Made by a program: the position numbers and the translations under genes
Part shown: positions 30,604-39,884 of the stretch, piece by piece
How positions within the stretch are numbered: the first letter of the stretch is position 1
Layout: every line of letters starts with the position of its first letter
Virus record (IMG/VR): IMGVR_UViG_3300012012_002042
Reading direction: 5' to 3' (one strand)
DNA: 64,000 nucleotides
DNA from: an uncultured virus (IMG/VR IMGVR_UViG_3300012012_002042)
Taxonomy: Duplodnaviria > Heunggongvirae > Uroviricota > Caudoviricetes
The notes under the pieces: generated by a model
Seen by the model: only the letters and a program-made list of their open reading frames with translations
Database searches by the model: none
What the model was told of the DNA's origin: nothing

Positions 30604-31082
30604 ACGCTTACAGGATTCTGACCCAGACTGACAAGGGCTGCAGGGAGAGGGATCGGCTTTTGCACGGAAATATTCCGGAAGCCGCGCGGACCGTTGAGTG
30701 GTTGAATTATTTGGCGGGGTCGGCGTTGGGAGAGAGTTGGGCGCTCGGTTTCACGCTCAAGGAGACTTCGGCGATCATCACAGGAATTATTGGCACGGAT
30801 AGATTCGCCTCGGTGATGGCCGCGCTCCCGTATAATTCAGTGTTTCTCGTTTCCCGTTACTGGAAAACTGTGGCGCAGGAAGTCAAGAGAAGGGGCAATT
30901 ACATTTGCGTGACCTGCGCGGCATATGACACAAAGGAAATGCGCGCGCATCATCAGACATACGTCCGACGGGGACTCGAGCATCTCCACATGGCAGACCT
31001 GGTCTGCATGTGCGACCCCTGTCACAAAAAGCTGCACAAGATTGGGCGTCAAAAAGTTTCCGGAAACTTTTTGACGCGATGA
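30600..31082 (+). CDS. HNH endonuclease-domain protein
   Basis: CVTC...AHHQTY...DLVCMCDPCHKKLH. Confidence 0.8.
   Translation: MNAYRILTQTDKGCRERDRLLHGNIPEAARTVEWLNYLAGSALGESWALGFTLKETSAIITGIIGTDRFASVMAALPYNSVFLVSRYWKTVAQEVKRRGNYICVTCAAYDTKEMRAHHQTYVRRGLEHLHMADLVCMCDPCHKKLHKIGRQKVSGNFLTR
31046..31077. repeat. 32-bp perfect palindrome
   Basis: gcgtcaaaaagtttccggaaactttttgacgc equals its own reverse complement. Confidence 0.95.
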
Positions 31083-31098
31083 CGCAAATGCGTAGGAT
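31071..31098 (+). promoter_or_regulatory. sigma70-like promoter
   Basis: TTGACG-N16-TAGGAT. Confidence 0.55.
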
Positions 31099-31104
31099 GG
31101 GATC

Positions 31105-31228
31105 GCCGAGTCGAAACGGCAAAACAGCGCCCAGCACCGCACTCACAAATCTTTGCCCGTCTCGGGCCCGTTCACGTTTTCCGTGCTGGAATTTCGACCG
31201 TGAATGACCGAGGCGGGCTTTTTGTTTT
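31105..31228 (+). promoter_or_regulatory. structured leader / attenuator with intrinsic terminator (C4/CI target-like)
   Basis: gcccgtctcgg/ccgaggcgggc stem plus U-tract; loop elements gtgctgg and tttcgac are complementary to upstream ccagcac and gtcgaaa. Confidence 0.6.
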
Positions 31229-31235
31229 CAATCAC

Positions 31236-32396
31236 ATGTCCAAAACCATATTTCGGGTAAATCGGAAATCACACTTTACCACCATTCCCAATACCACTGT
31301 TCGGGACAAAACGCTGTCATTCCGTGCCCGCGGGATTCTGGCGCTGCTTCTGTCAAATACTGAAGACTGGGTGGTGCATAAGTCATGGATCGTAGAGCAG
31401 GGCACTGAAGGAAAGGAGGCGATTGCGGCCGCGCTTCGAGAGCTGGAGTCGAAAGGTTACGCGACCTATGCAGAGCTTCGCGAGAAGGGACAATTCGTAG
31501 GTGCGCAGTGGACATTCCACGACGAGCCGGTAGCAGAGGAAAAGAGGACGAACTATCGGGGCAAATACCCAGCGAGGAAGAAACGTGTGAGGCATTACAC
31601 CAAGACCTCACCGATGTCCGGGAACCCGGAGGTCGGGCACCCAGACGTCGGGAAACCCGCCGCTAAGAATACTATAGGGAAAGAAGATCATCAGAAAGAA
31701 GAAGAAGGGGAAATTTCTTCTTCTTTGAAGATCAATAAAGAGAAAGCATCTCCCAAAATTCCAGACTCCCGAAAGTCCGACGCTCCCGATAAAGAAAAAC
31801 TACTCCCCGTCCTCGAACGCTGGAGGGAGGTCTACGAGATCGTACAAGGCAGCCCGTATGTCGAGAGTCGAAAAGACATGGAAGCCCTCTCCCATCTGCT
31901 CCACAGATGGCCCGATGCTGACCAATTGGCGGGTGTGATTGAGTCTGCCTTCCTCCTCGTCGGACACCCGAAGGCCTGGACGTGCAATAATCGGATGGAG
32001 ACAATTGACGCCTTCGCGGTGAATATCGCGAAAATCATGGGCGAAGTGAAGAAGCATGCCGTCCAGCACGAAGCGACGTACCGGATGGAGTTGGCCCGAC
32101 GTGAAAGGTTGTGGGCGAATATGCAGGAAAGGGCGCTGTTGTTTATGCAGCGAAAATTCGGAAAGAACCTCACGGTCACCGCCAGTGTTTTGGAGTTCCT
32201 GCGTGGCCATGAGGCCATCGAGGAAGTCCCCCCGTATTTCCGATGCGTGAACTGCGACGGGGATCCCGAAGTGATGGCAGCTCACGGCGACGCTGCCCGT
32301 GAGGCGTTGGATGATGCCAACATGGAAGGCTTCGTAGAGTTCCTGCAATTCAGGGGCTGGTGGATGGATCTGTCACCCTACGAGCGCGGGCGCTGA
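31236..32396 (+). CDS. phage replication initiator-like winged-HTH protein
   Basis: N-terminus FTTIPNTTVRDKTLSFRARGILALLLS...EGKEAIAAALRELESKGY is typical of phage Rep/replisome organisers. Confidence 0.75.
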   Translation: MSKTIFRVNRKSHFTTIPNTTVRDKTLSFRARGILALLLSNTEDWVVHKSWIVEQGTEGKEAIAAALRELESKGYATYAELREKGQFVGAQWTFHDEPVAEEKRTNYRGKYPARKKRVRHYTKTSPMSGNPEVGHPDVGKPAAKNTIGKEDHQKEEEGEISSSLKINKEKASPKIPDSRKSDAPDKEKLLPVLERWREVYEIVQGSPYVESRKDMEALSHLLHRWPDADQLAGVIESAFLLVGHPKAWTCNNRMETIDAFAVNIAKIMGEVKKHAVQHEATYRMELARRERLWANMQERALLFMQRKFGKNLTVTASVLEFLRGHEAIEEVPPYFRCVNCDGDPEVMAAHGDAAREALDDANMEGFVEFLQFRGWWMDLSPYERGR

Positions 32397-32401
32397 GTCT
32401 C

Positions 32402-33628
32402 ATGGATCTCTCAGACTGCCCACAAATCATCCAGGATGAGGCACAGGCCATCGCAAGGCTGTCCTCGGCCCTTGGCCGCCTCCACGGGGAAGTCAGGCCA
32501 ATGCGGGAGTCCTCTGGATTGCAATTATACGTTTGCTGCCCCGACTGCCTGCAAGTGAAGGGTCGGGAGGAGTTGTTCGACCGGAAATTGGCAGTGAACG
32601 TGGACCGGTATTTGCGCCTTGGAAAATTCAAGACGTTGTCCGCCGACCATGCGGATTATTCCGGCTACTGCATGCGGATGGGCAAAATCTACAAGGTGTC
32701 CGATCTGCTGAAGCGCTACACGCCGATCCAGCAACGGGGCTTTCCTGAAGCTCGAGTCGGCGTCGCGGAAATGCAGTCGAAACTCTGCCTCATCGATGAC
32801 GGACGCGGCAACATGATCCCAGACCATCCCGGCGACGTGGTGAGCCTGGCCGAATTGCCGGAGGACCACCCCGCGATCGTCTACCTCACGAAACGAGGCT
32901 ACAGCATCTCCGGACTCATCAAGCAATTCCGGGCGTCATTCTGTTTCAAGGAGGCCCCCGTGGATTGGAGCAAGGGTCGCGGATATCGCGTGGTTTACGA
33001 CGACTTCTTGGACACGCCGCAGAACCGGATCATTTTCTACGGGGACATGTATGGCGTTCAGCGCGGCTGGCAGGCGCGCGTGATCGACGCTGTGAAGGAT
33101 GGCATCCGATATTATCTCCACCCCTACACCAACCAGTGGATGCCGGCGGAGCACAAAATCGGAAACGACTGGGAGCCGCTGCCGCATATTCTGGAGGCCC
33201 GCGGGAAATTCAATATCTCGAAATACAAGACGGCATTTTCCGCGAGCCGAAACGAGATGCTGATGGGACTCGACGCCGCGCTGGAGTGGAACAAGGAGCA
33301 GAGAGCTGGAAAGCCAAAGGTGGCAATTCTTGCAGAGGGACCGCTTGACGCGGGTAGATGGGGCGCGCCGGGAATCCCGTTGTTGGGAAAACATTTCTCA
33401 CCGACACAGATGCGACTCCTGGCTGGTGCAGGATTCGAGAGGATTATTTATTCCGGGCAGAACGATGCGATGTCGCAGAAGCTCGGGAAGGATATCGAGC
33501 TGGCCTGTCTGGGGAAGATGCAGTTCGCTGCGATTTATCCGCCGAAGGAGTTCAAGGATTACGGAGACATGACAACCGTGGCCGCGTTCCAACACGCATG
33601 GCCCATCATCGAAAAATTCTACACATGA
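32402..33628 (+). CDS. DNA primase (TOPRIM)
   Basis: CPDC Zn region, YLTKRG, NRIIF, ILAEGPLDA and KDYGD motifs. Confidence 0.8.
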   Translation: MDLSDCPQIIQDEAQAIARLSSALGRLHGEVRPMRESSGLQLYVCCPDCLQVKGREELFDRKLAVNVDRYLRLGKFKTLSADHADYSGYCMRMGKIYKVSDLLKRYTPIQQRGFPEARVGVAEMQSKLCLIDDGRGNMIPDHPGDVVSLAELPEDHPAIVYLTKRGYSISGLIKQFRASFCFKEAPVDWSKGRGYRVVYDDFLDTPQNRIIFYGDMYGVQRGWQARVIDAVKDGIRYYLHPYTNQWMPAEHKIGNDWEPLPHILEARGKFNISKYKTAFSASRNEMLMGLDAALEWNKEQRAGKPKVAILAEGPLDAGRWGAPGIPLLGKHFSPTQMRLLAGAGFERIIYSGQNDAMSQKLGKDIELACLGKMQFAAIYPPKEFKDYGDMTTVAAFQHAWPIIEKFYT

Positions 33629-33894
33629 GTGACGAAAACCTGAAAGACGAAGTGGCGAGGCTGCGTGCTCTGGAGAAAGGACGCAAGGCGGCCGCGGGCT
33701 GGTATTCCCAGGCAATGGAAGTGCTCGGACCGCTGCGTTGGCATATTGAAGAACTGCTGCAGGCGGCAGAAGATCATAATCGAGCCGCGGACAGACTTGA
33801 TCACATCAAGTTTCGCGAGGATAAAATTGTGGCGGCCCGAGCCGCGCAGAAATTGGTGGAGGATTTTTTCACCAGACCACATCCAAAATTTTAA
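33625..33894 (+). CDS. hypothetical protein
   Basis: ATGA overlap with the primase. Confidence 0.55.
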   Translation: MSDENLKDEVARLRALEKGRKAAAGWYSQAMEVLGPLRWHIEELLQAAEDHNRAADRLDHIKFREDKIVAARAAQKLVEDFFTRPHPKF

Positions 33895-33913
33895 GAATAA
33901 ACCCATAGAAACA

Positions 33914-34285
33914 ATGAACGCGAAAACACTGACAGCACTGACGGATTCCATTGAGCACTGGGAGCGCCTGGCAACCGGGAAATCACGCAAGAATGAGGAA
34001 ATATATCAGGACGATTGTGCGCTGTGTAATGCATTCTTCCGTGGCGGCACATGCGAAGGCTGTCCCGTAAACACTGCAGGTTTTCCATCGTGTCGCCGTT
34101 CGGTATGGGAGGATTGCACAATCGCGATTGAGGATTGGCAGTGCAGGCCGCATAACAAATACAAAAGCTGGAAAGATGATCCGAAGTTTCGCAAGGCTGC
34201 ACGGGCGCAGGTGAAATTCCTCGAAAGCCTGCTGCCGAAGAAGAAGTCCAAACCGAAGAAAAAGGCAAATGGCCCTGGTCACTGA
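33914..34285 (+). CDS. Cys-rich hypothetical phage protein
   Basis: SIEHW, CALC and CEGCP motifs. Confidence 0.65.
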   Translation: MNAKTLTALTDSIEHWERLATGKSRKNEEIYQDDCALCNAFFRGGTCEGCPVNTAGFPSCRRSVWEDCTIAIEDWQCRPHNKYKSWKDDPKFRKAARAQVKFLESLLPKKKSKPKKKANGPGH

Positions 34286-34511
34286 ATTCATTTGCAGTTC
34301 CTGCCAGCGGTCGGTGTGGGGACTCGTCTATGCTGATAAAATGTGCGCGGAGTGCCGTGTGAAAAATGCCGATCTCGCTCGACGGTTACACTTTGGCGCA
34401 TTGAATGGTCTGACGGTCCAAGAGCGGCTGTCTCGGATCGAGATTCAATTGTATGATCTCGATGCCGAGAAACGATTGAAAGCGCTGGAAGCCAAAAATG
34501 CCACCTACTGA
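34269..34511 (+). CDS. small zinc-finger protein
   Basis: CSSC...CAEC. Confidence 0.55.
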   Translation: MALVTEFICSSCQRSVWGLVYADKMCAECRVKNADLARRLHFGALNGLTVQERLSRIEIQLYDLDAEKRLKALEAKNATY

Positions 34512-34565
34512 ACCCACTGACAAAACTCCACCGAGTTCAGCGAGTGCTGGCATTACCACAACCCA

Positions 34566-37500
34566 ATGATTGACCCCAATTGCCCTCCGAAGAAAACGAA
34601 GATGGAGGATGTGCCGGAAATGCCGGACCACAAACCTCCGACGAAAGTCCTGACGACCCGAAGATACGACCGGAAACTCTACCTGGCCGGCGTGGGCTCC
34701 GCCAATGCCCAGATCATGTTCCTGGCCACCTCGGCACTCGAGGATGAATGCGCAGAACAGAAGGAGGTCGCCTACGGCGTTTCCACGGCCACGACCCCAC
34801 GCTACCTGCGTGGGCCGGCGGGCCACATTCTGAAGGATATTCTGTCGATGGTTGGAGTGGATCTCGACTGTCAGTATTACACGGCTCTGGTGAAATACCT
34901 GTTGCCGAAGCATGAGAGGGCCAAACCCAAGAAGCCCGATATCGAGAATTGTCTCCCGATTTTGGAGGAGGAGATTCAACGCATCGGACCGAAGATCATC
35001 GTGACCTTCGGCAAGCCAGCATTTGAGGCGGTCGTGGATCAGAAAATCCGGTTCGATCAAATCGAAGCCTGCTGGTTTTATTCCGAGAAGTATGATGCTC
35101 GCGTCTTCGTGATGCCGGACGTCAACCTTCCCGTGTGGAAGCCGGAGTATGTGGAAATATTCCGGATCAACCTGACGGAGCTGCGATTCATGCTGGATGA
35201 ATTGCGCGGAGTGGTGTCGGAGAAGGTGAAGGAGGACACGGGCATCATCACCAACTCGCAGCAGCTGAAGGAACTGACCCAGACACTGATCGACGAGCAG
35301 GCTTTCACCATGTGCCCGGATACGGAATTCGGCGGGATTAATTTCCTCGATGCCAAGATCCGGTCGCTGCAACTCTCATGGTTCCGGCCGGACGGGACGA
35401 TCGCGGCGCGTTACATCCGCCTGATGGATGACCAGGGCAATTACGTGTTCGATGCGGACTACGGGACAGTTGGAAAAATTCTGTCCCCGCACCTTGACAA
35501 CCCAAAGGTGAAATACGTCGGCGCCCACATCTCCGCGGATTTGCCGGTGATGCACCACTGGTTCGGACTTCAGTGGTTCAACAAGACGCTGTTCGACACG
35601 GAGTTCGCGGAGCAGTGCATCAACGAGAATGCGGAGTTCGGTTTGGAACGCATCTCCCTCAAATACACGCGCAAAGGGCGCTACGATGGAGACCTCGTCC
35701 GCTGGGTTTCGGAAAACAAAGCGCTCGTCACCAAAGAGACGGGATACCTCTACATCCCCGATGCAATCCTGATCCCCTACGCATTGAACGACGTGATCGT
35801 ACCAATGATGGCAATGCCGGTGATGAAGGAGCGGATGCGTCTGGATGACGTGTGGAATTTCTACACCAATTTCGTGAATCCCCTGGTCGGAAACATCTTC
35901 ACGCATTTTGCCATCAACGGACTGCCGATCAACCGGTCGAAGATCGACACCCTGCGCGAATTGTATTCCTACGCACGCGTGCTGCTCGAAAAGGATTTCG
36001 TGGAGGACATCGTGGCAGAGTCGAAAATCCTGCTCATCCGGGAACTGATGCTCGCAGCACCTCCCGAAGACTTGCTGGCTGGACAACGCACGTATCAGGA
36101 GATCTTGCGATGCATGACGGAAGAGGGAGCAGGGATGCGTGCGCTCGAGATCTTCAAGGCGTTCGTCGGCCCGGCCAAACTCCTGAAGGCATTACCAGTG
36201 ATGGAACACTTCCTGGACGCTCCGAATTTCAAGATCGCATCCTCGGATCAGAAATCCCGATGGCTCTTCCAGGTCCGCCGATTCCGGCCGATCAAATCCA
36301 CGAACAACAAGGAGAAGGGTCGTCCCTCAATGCCGTGGGATTCGGTGGAGCGTATTATTGCGAAGGCTCCTCACCTTGCGCATCTCTACAAGCCGGCGGC
36401 GGACAAGCAGAGTATTAAAATGCTTGGGGATGAAACGCAGGACAGGATGCTCATCAAACTCCTCGACGTCATGGCGGTGGCGAATGTTTGCAAGGCATTC
36501 TTGAAGCCGGCCGACTTGGATGACGAGGGCGAATTGGTGAAGGAGAATGGACTGCATTACTGGATTGCGTCTGATGGCAAGATTCACGGGATGTACTCGG
36601 CCACTGAAACGTGGAGGCCCAGGGGATGGCAGCCGAATCCACTAAATTGGCCGAAATTCGTTTTCACGGGCATTAAACGGGCGCTGGCGCTGGTGCTGAA
36701 AAAGGAAAAGGACCGCGGAACACTGCCGGTGCAATTCGAGAAATATCTCGACGTCAATAATATTCCCAGTTTGCGCTCGGTGGTGGACGTGGCGGAGCTG
36801 CCACCACTGCCTGGATCACAGGGTTGGTGTTTCACCGAAACGGATTACGTCACGGCGGAATTGCGCGGTCTGGGATTCCAGTCAGGCGATGCGATGCTCA
36901 TCAAATTGCTCACCGAGGCGGACACGCAGTTTGGAATTCCGAAAGACAAGTCGAAGTCAAAACTCCGCGTGCGTTTGAAGTATGCGGACGACTGCGGCAT
37001 TCCCGAGGATCATCGGGATCAGAAATTCCTCATGAAGGCGGTGGTGAATAATAAAGTCCTTGGGGAATTTACGATGGATGATTTGTTGAGGAATGACGTG
37101 GGAGAATTGGTTCATCCGCCGCATGATTTGCATTGGAGTTTGGTCGAATGGGTATTTCTGGCGCCTCGGGAATTGTTTGATTCGGATATTCAAAGAACTG
37201 GTGTCGGGAAGACAGGAAATTTCTCCAGCATATACGGTGCCTCTGGTAAATCTCTGGAAAGAAAAGGTCGAGCGGAGACCGGAAAAATAATGGAACCTGG
37301 CACCGGTGATAAAATTCTGGAAGCACTCAGAGCGCGACAACCAGTCGCCACGGAATATTTGGAGGAATTGGCGAAGCTGCCGAAAACTACCGGATATTAT
37401 CAGCACGAGTCCGGAGCCAAGCGGCGGTTCATAATGCACGGCGACGGCGTGCGAGGATTGAAGGAGAGGGATATTGACACAATTGCCGGAAGTCTCGGAA

Positions 37501-37850
37501 GACAGGCACGTAATTTCCCTATGCAGCACTCAGTGGCAGCGACGGCAATTCGCGGCGGCGATTGGTTATTGACGCACACTCGCGTGAGTAGGATGTATGG
37601 GTCGCCGATGATTTGCTTGTATGACTCAATTGTCAGTTTATCGCCAGTGGAGGAGCGATGGATTATGAAGGAACTGCATCAGAAATATCTGACAGATTTG
37701 AATGTGTGGCACGACCACGGGAGGGAATGGAATTATACCATTGAATCCGATTTCTGCACGGCCTGGTCAGCGAAGCCGACGAAGGAGATGGCGAAGAAAC
37801 TGGACGACACGGAATGGGCCTCAGACCCAGGCACGATCCGTGCCATTTGA
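34566..37850 (+). CDS. polA: family A DNA polymerase with N-terminal uracil-DNA glycosylase-like domain and 3'-5' exonuclease
   Basis: UDG4-like GPAG...CLPILEEEIQRIGPKIIVTFG; exonuclease DTE, ADL, YALND; motif A DYVTAELR; motif B RTGVGKTGNFSSIYG; motif C LYDS. Confidence 0.9.
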   Translation: MIDPNCPPKKTKMEDVPEMPDHKPPTKVLTTRRYDRKLYLAGVGSANAQIMFLATSALEDECAEQKEVAYGVSTATTPRYLRGPAGHILKDILSMVGVDLDCQYYTALVKYLLPKHERAKPKKPDIENCLPILEEEIQRIGPKIIVTFGKPAFEAVVDQKIRFDQIEACWFYSEKYDARVFVMPDVNLPVWKPEYVEIFRINLTELRFMLDELRGVVSEKVKEDTGIITNSQQLKELTQTLIDEQAFTMCPDTEFGGINFLDAKIRSLQLSWFRPDGTIAARYIRLMDDQGNYVFDADYGTVGKILSPHLDNPKVKYVGAHISADLPVMHHWFGLQWFNKTLFDTEFAEQCINENAEFGLERISLKYTRKGRYDGDLVRWVSENKALVTKETGYLYIPDAILIPYALNDVIVPMMAMPVMKERMRLDDVWNFYTNFVNPLVGNIFTHFAINGLPINRSKIDTLRELYSYARVLLEKDFVEDIVAESKILLIRELMLAAPPEDLLAGQRTYQEILRCMTEEGAGMRALEIFKAFVGPAKLLKALPVMEHFLDAPNFKIASSDQKSRWLFQVRRFRPIKSTNNKEKGRPSMPWDSVERIIAKAPHLAHLYKPAADKQSIKMLGDETQDRMLIKLLDVMAVANVCKAFLKPADLDDEGELVKENGLHYWIASDGKIHGMYSATETWRPRGWQPNPLNWPKFVFTGIKRALALVLKKEKDRGTLPVQFEKYLDVNNIPSLRSVVDVAELPPLPGSQGWCFTETDYVTAELRGLGFQSGDAMLIKLLTEADTQFGIPKDKSKSKLRVRLKYADDCGIPEDHRDQKFLMKAVVNNKVLGEFTMDDLLRNDVGELVHPPHDLHWSLVEWVFLAPRELFDSDIQRTGVGKTGNFSSIYGASGKSLERKGRAETGKIMEPGTGDKILEALRARQPVATEYLEELAKLPKTTGYYQHESGAKRRFIMHGDGVRGLKERDIDTIAGSLGRQARNFPMQHSVAATAIRGGDWLLTHTRVSRMYGSPMICLYDSIVSLSPVEERWIMKELHQKYLTDLNVWHDHGREWNYTIESDFCTAWSAKPTKEMAKKLDDTEWASDPGTIRAI

Positions 37851-37999
37851 GAGAAAACTGCGATATGGAAAAAATAAGTATTTTCCACTTTCCAGCGAGA
37901 GAATCACGACGAGAATACGCGCCGCCATCGACACCGAGCTAGTCTCATTCAGTCAGCGTGGCGCTTAACAACAACAACCCAAAAACCAAAAACAACAAC

Positions 38000-39823
38000 A
38001 TGATCAGTTCAACAGTCCCAGGCTTCGGTGAAGCCCCCGCAGCAGCAGCCCCGTCGAAGTCGTCCTACAAGCCCGTTTACACGGGAGTGAGTTCGTATGA
38101 CACAGTGACCAAACAGGTCGAGTCCTCCTTCAGCGGAGGTCATCAGTTCCTCACATCAGGACGCCGCATCCAGTTCCCTGGTGAGAAATATTACATGGCA
38201 GGTCGCCTTCTTCCTGCCTTCCATCCCGGAGTTCCCGTGAACGATCCGCGCGCCGCGATTTCGTGGATGCCATATCGTGTCGGACGCCCAGGCAGCGTGG
38301 GTCCGGATCAGATGGACACACAGCGCAACGTGCCCTCGCCTTCGCCATGGTTCCTGCCGTGGTATGGCATCCGTCTGTTCAATCAGAAGCACGACATCGT
38401 GAGCCCGAAGACCCTCGCGTTTTTCGGCGTTCGCCCTGAAGACGAAAGCGCCGGAGATGTCCTCGAGGACTTGAAGAACTACATCTGGAAGATCTACCGC
38501 AACGATCCAGACAAACGGAAGCACTGGCTGGACAAACCTCAGGGCAAACAATCCTCTGCACGGATTCCCTCCCTGCGGCAGTTTGCGCTGATGAACTTCT
38601 GGGGCCACGGCGCCGACGAAAAGAATCCGAAGGTGCCCGGCAATTGTCTGGTCGCCATCTCCATTCAAGGGTTTGGCATTCTGCTTGACGATCTGGCATA
38701 TCCGCCACCGCACGGTTCTGTTTCCAGGGATCCCAACTTCCCCGAGACGATTTACGGCGACATCACCAACCCCTCCACGGGTCTGTGGGCCACGGCCATG
38801 CAGGTTCAGTCGGCGGGGTCGGCCACAACGCCGTTCTCGTTCGTGTTCAGCGAAAGCAAGACCACGCTCAATGGAGCGCGTGTCGTGCCTGTCGGTGACG
38901 ATGTTCTGGCCGCGCGCACGCGTTTCACACGCGAGATGTTCAACATCCCCACGCAGCAGGAATACGTGAATATGGTGCGCGAGAGCAAAGAGATCCCGGT
39001 GGAATTCCTCCGGGAGATTCGTCCCGAGTGCGATATTCCCGATCGCAAGAATGCGACGCACTTCCCAGCAACCGGGGAGGTCGCGCGCGCGCAAGCGTTC
39101 GGAGAGCCGCAATCGGCAGCTCCTGCATTCGGCAGCGCGCCAACTGGTCAACCGCATGACGGCGGGCAGCCGTCTGTTCCTACATTTGCTCAGCCGACCG
39201 CGGCTGCGTCCTTCAGCCAGCCGACCGCCGGCCCTGGAGTCGGTGCGATGCCTCCGCTTCCTCAGGCGACAGGCGCAATGCCTCCGATCCCGCAGGCTGC
39301 GCCCCCGCCGCCGGAACCTGCGTTCTGGGTGCTGGTGAATAATCAGCCGCATCCGGAAGCGGTTCCGCAGAGCCGGCTGGCGCAATTCAACGTCGACGCA
39401 ACGGTGCTCGTGGCGAATGAAGCGCTGACTGGTGGGCAGTGGAAGCCGCTCGCGCAGTTTCTTCCGCAGCCAGCGGCAGATGTGTCGCGCGGGCAGGTGT
39501 CTCAGGCCGCAACTCAGTCTACCTCGTCGTTCGATTTCGATCCGGGGACGACGAGGTTGCGGGTAACGCAGCAGGCACAGCCCCAGGCGGCCGCAGCCTC
39601 GTTCCAGCCGCCTGCGCAGGCGAATCCTGAAGTGCCGACGGCGGGGAACATGACTGCGGCGCCGCAAGGTGGCGGAGCGCAGCCTCTGACACCGGCCGAG
39701 ATGGAAGAGCTGAAGGCGATGGAAATGATCCTGAGCCGTAACGAGGTCATGGAGCAGACCTCGACCATGCGGTATGTGATCCTGTCGGCACGGGCTCGCA
39801 CTTGCGGGCAAGTCGTAGCGTAA
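38000..39823 (+). CDS. hypothetical protein, possibly ssDNA-binding/recombination mediator, with Pro/Gln/Ala-rich tail and GYF-like domain
   Basis: Lies between polA and the RecA-like gene; low-complexity tail; FWVLVNNQP...GGQWKPLAQF. Confidence 0.5.
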   Translation: MISSTVPGFGEAPAAAAPSKSSYKPVYTGVSSYDTVTKQVESSFSGGHQFLTSGRRIQFPGEKYYMAGRLLPAFHPGVPVNDPRAAISWMPYRVGRPGSVGPDQMDTQRNVPSPSPWFLPWYGIRLFNQKHDIVSPKTLAFFGVRPEDESAGDVLEDLKNYIWKIYRNDPDKRKHWLDKPQGKQSSARIPSLRQFALMNFWGHGADEKNPKVPGNCLVAISIQGFGILLDDLAYPPPHGSVSRDPNFPETIYGDITNPSTGLWATAMQVQSAGSATTPFSFVFSESKTTLNGARVVPVGDDVLAARTRFTREMFNIPTQQEYVNMVRESKEIPVEFLREIRPECDIPDRKNATHFPATGEVARAQAFGEPQSAAPAFGSAPTGQPHDGGQPSVPTFAQPTAAASFSQPTAGPGVGAMPPLPQATGAMPPIPQAAPPPPEPAFWVLVNNQPHPEAVPQSRLAQFNVDATVLVANEALTGGQWKPLAQFLPQPAADVSRGQVSQAATQSTSSFDFDPGTTRLRVTQQAQPQAAAASFQPPAQANPEVPTAGNMTAAPQGGGAQPLTPAEMEELKAMEMILSRNEVMEQTSTMRYVILSARARTCGQVVA

Positions 39824-39840
39824 ACTGAAATCAGGTCAGG

Positions 39841-39871
39841 CACCCCCGGGAGTAAATTCCCGGGGGTGTTT
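39841..39871 (+). terminator. intrinsic terminator-like hairpin
   Basis: cacccccggga...tcccgggggtg followed by ttt. Confidence 0.6.
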
Positions 39872-39884
39872 GGCCGCCCCTTTA

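Noticed and set aside
38156..39811. 551-aa antisense ORF
   Set aside because: Shadow of the GC-rich low-complexity + strand gene; Arg-rich with no motifs
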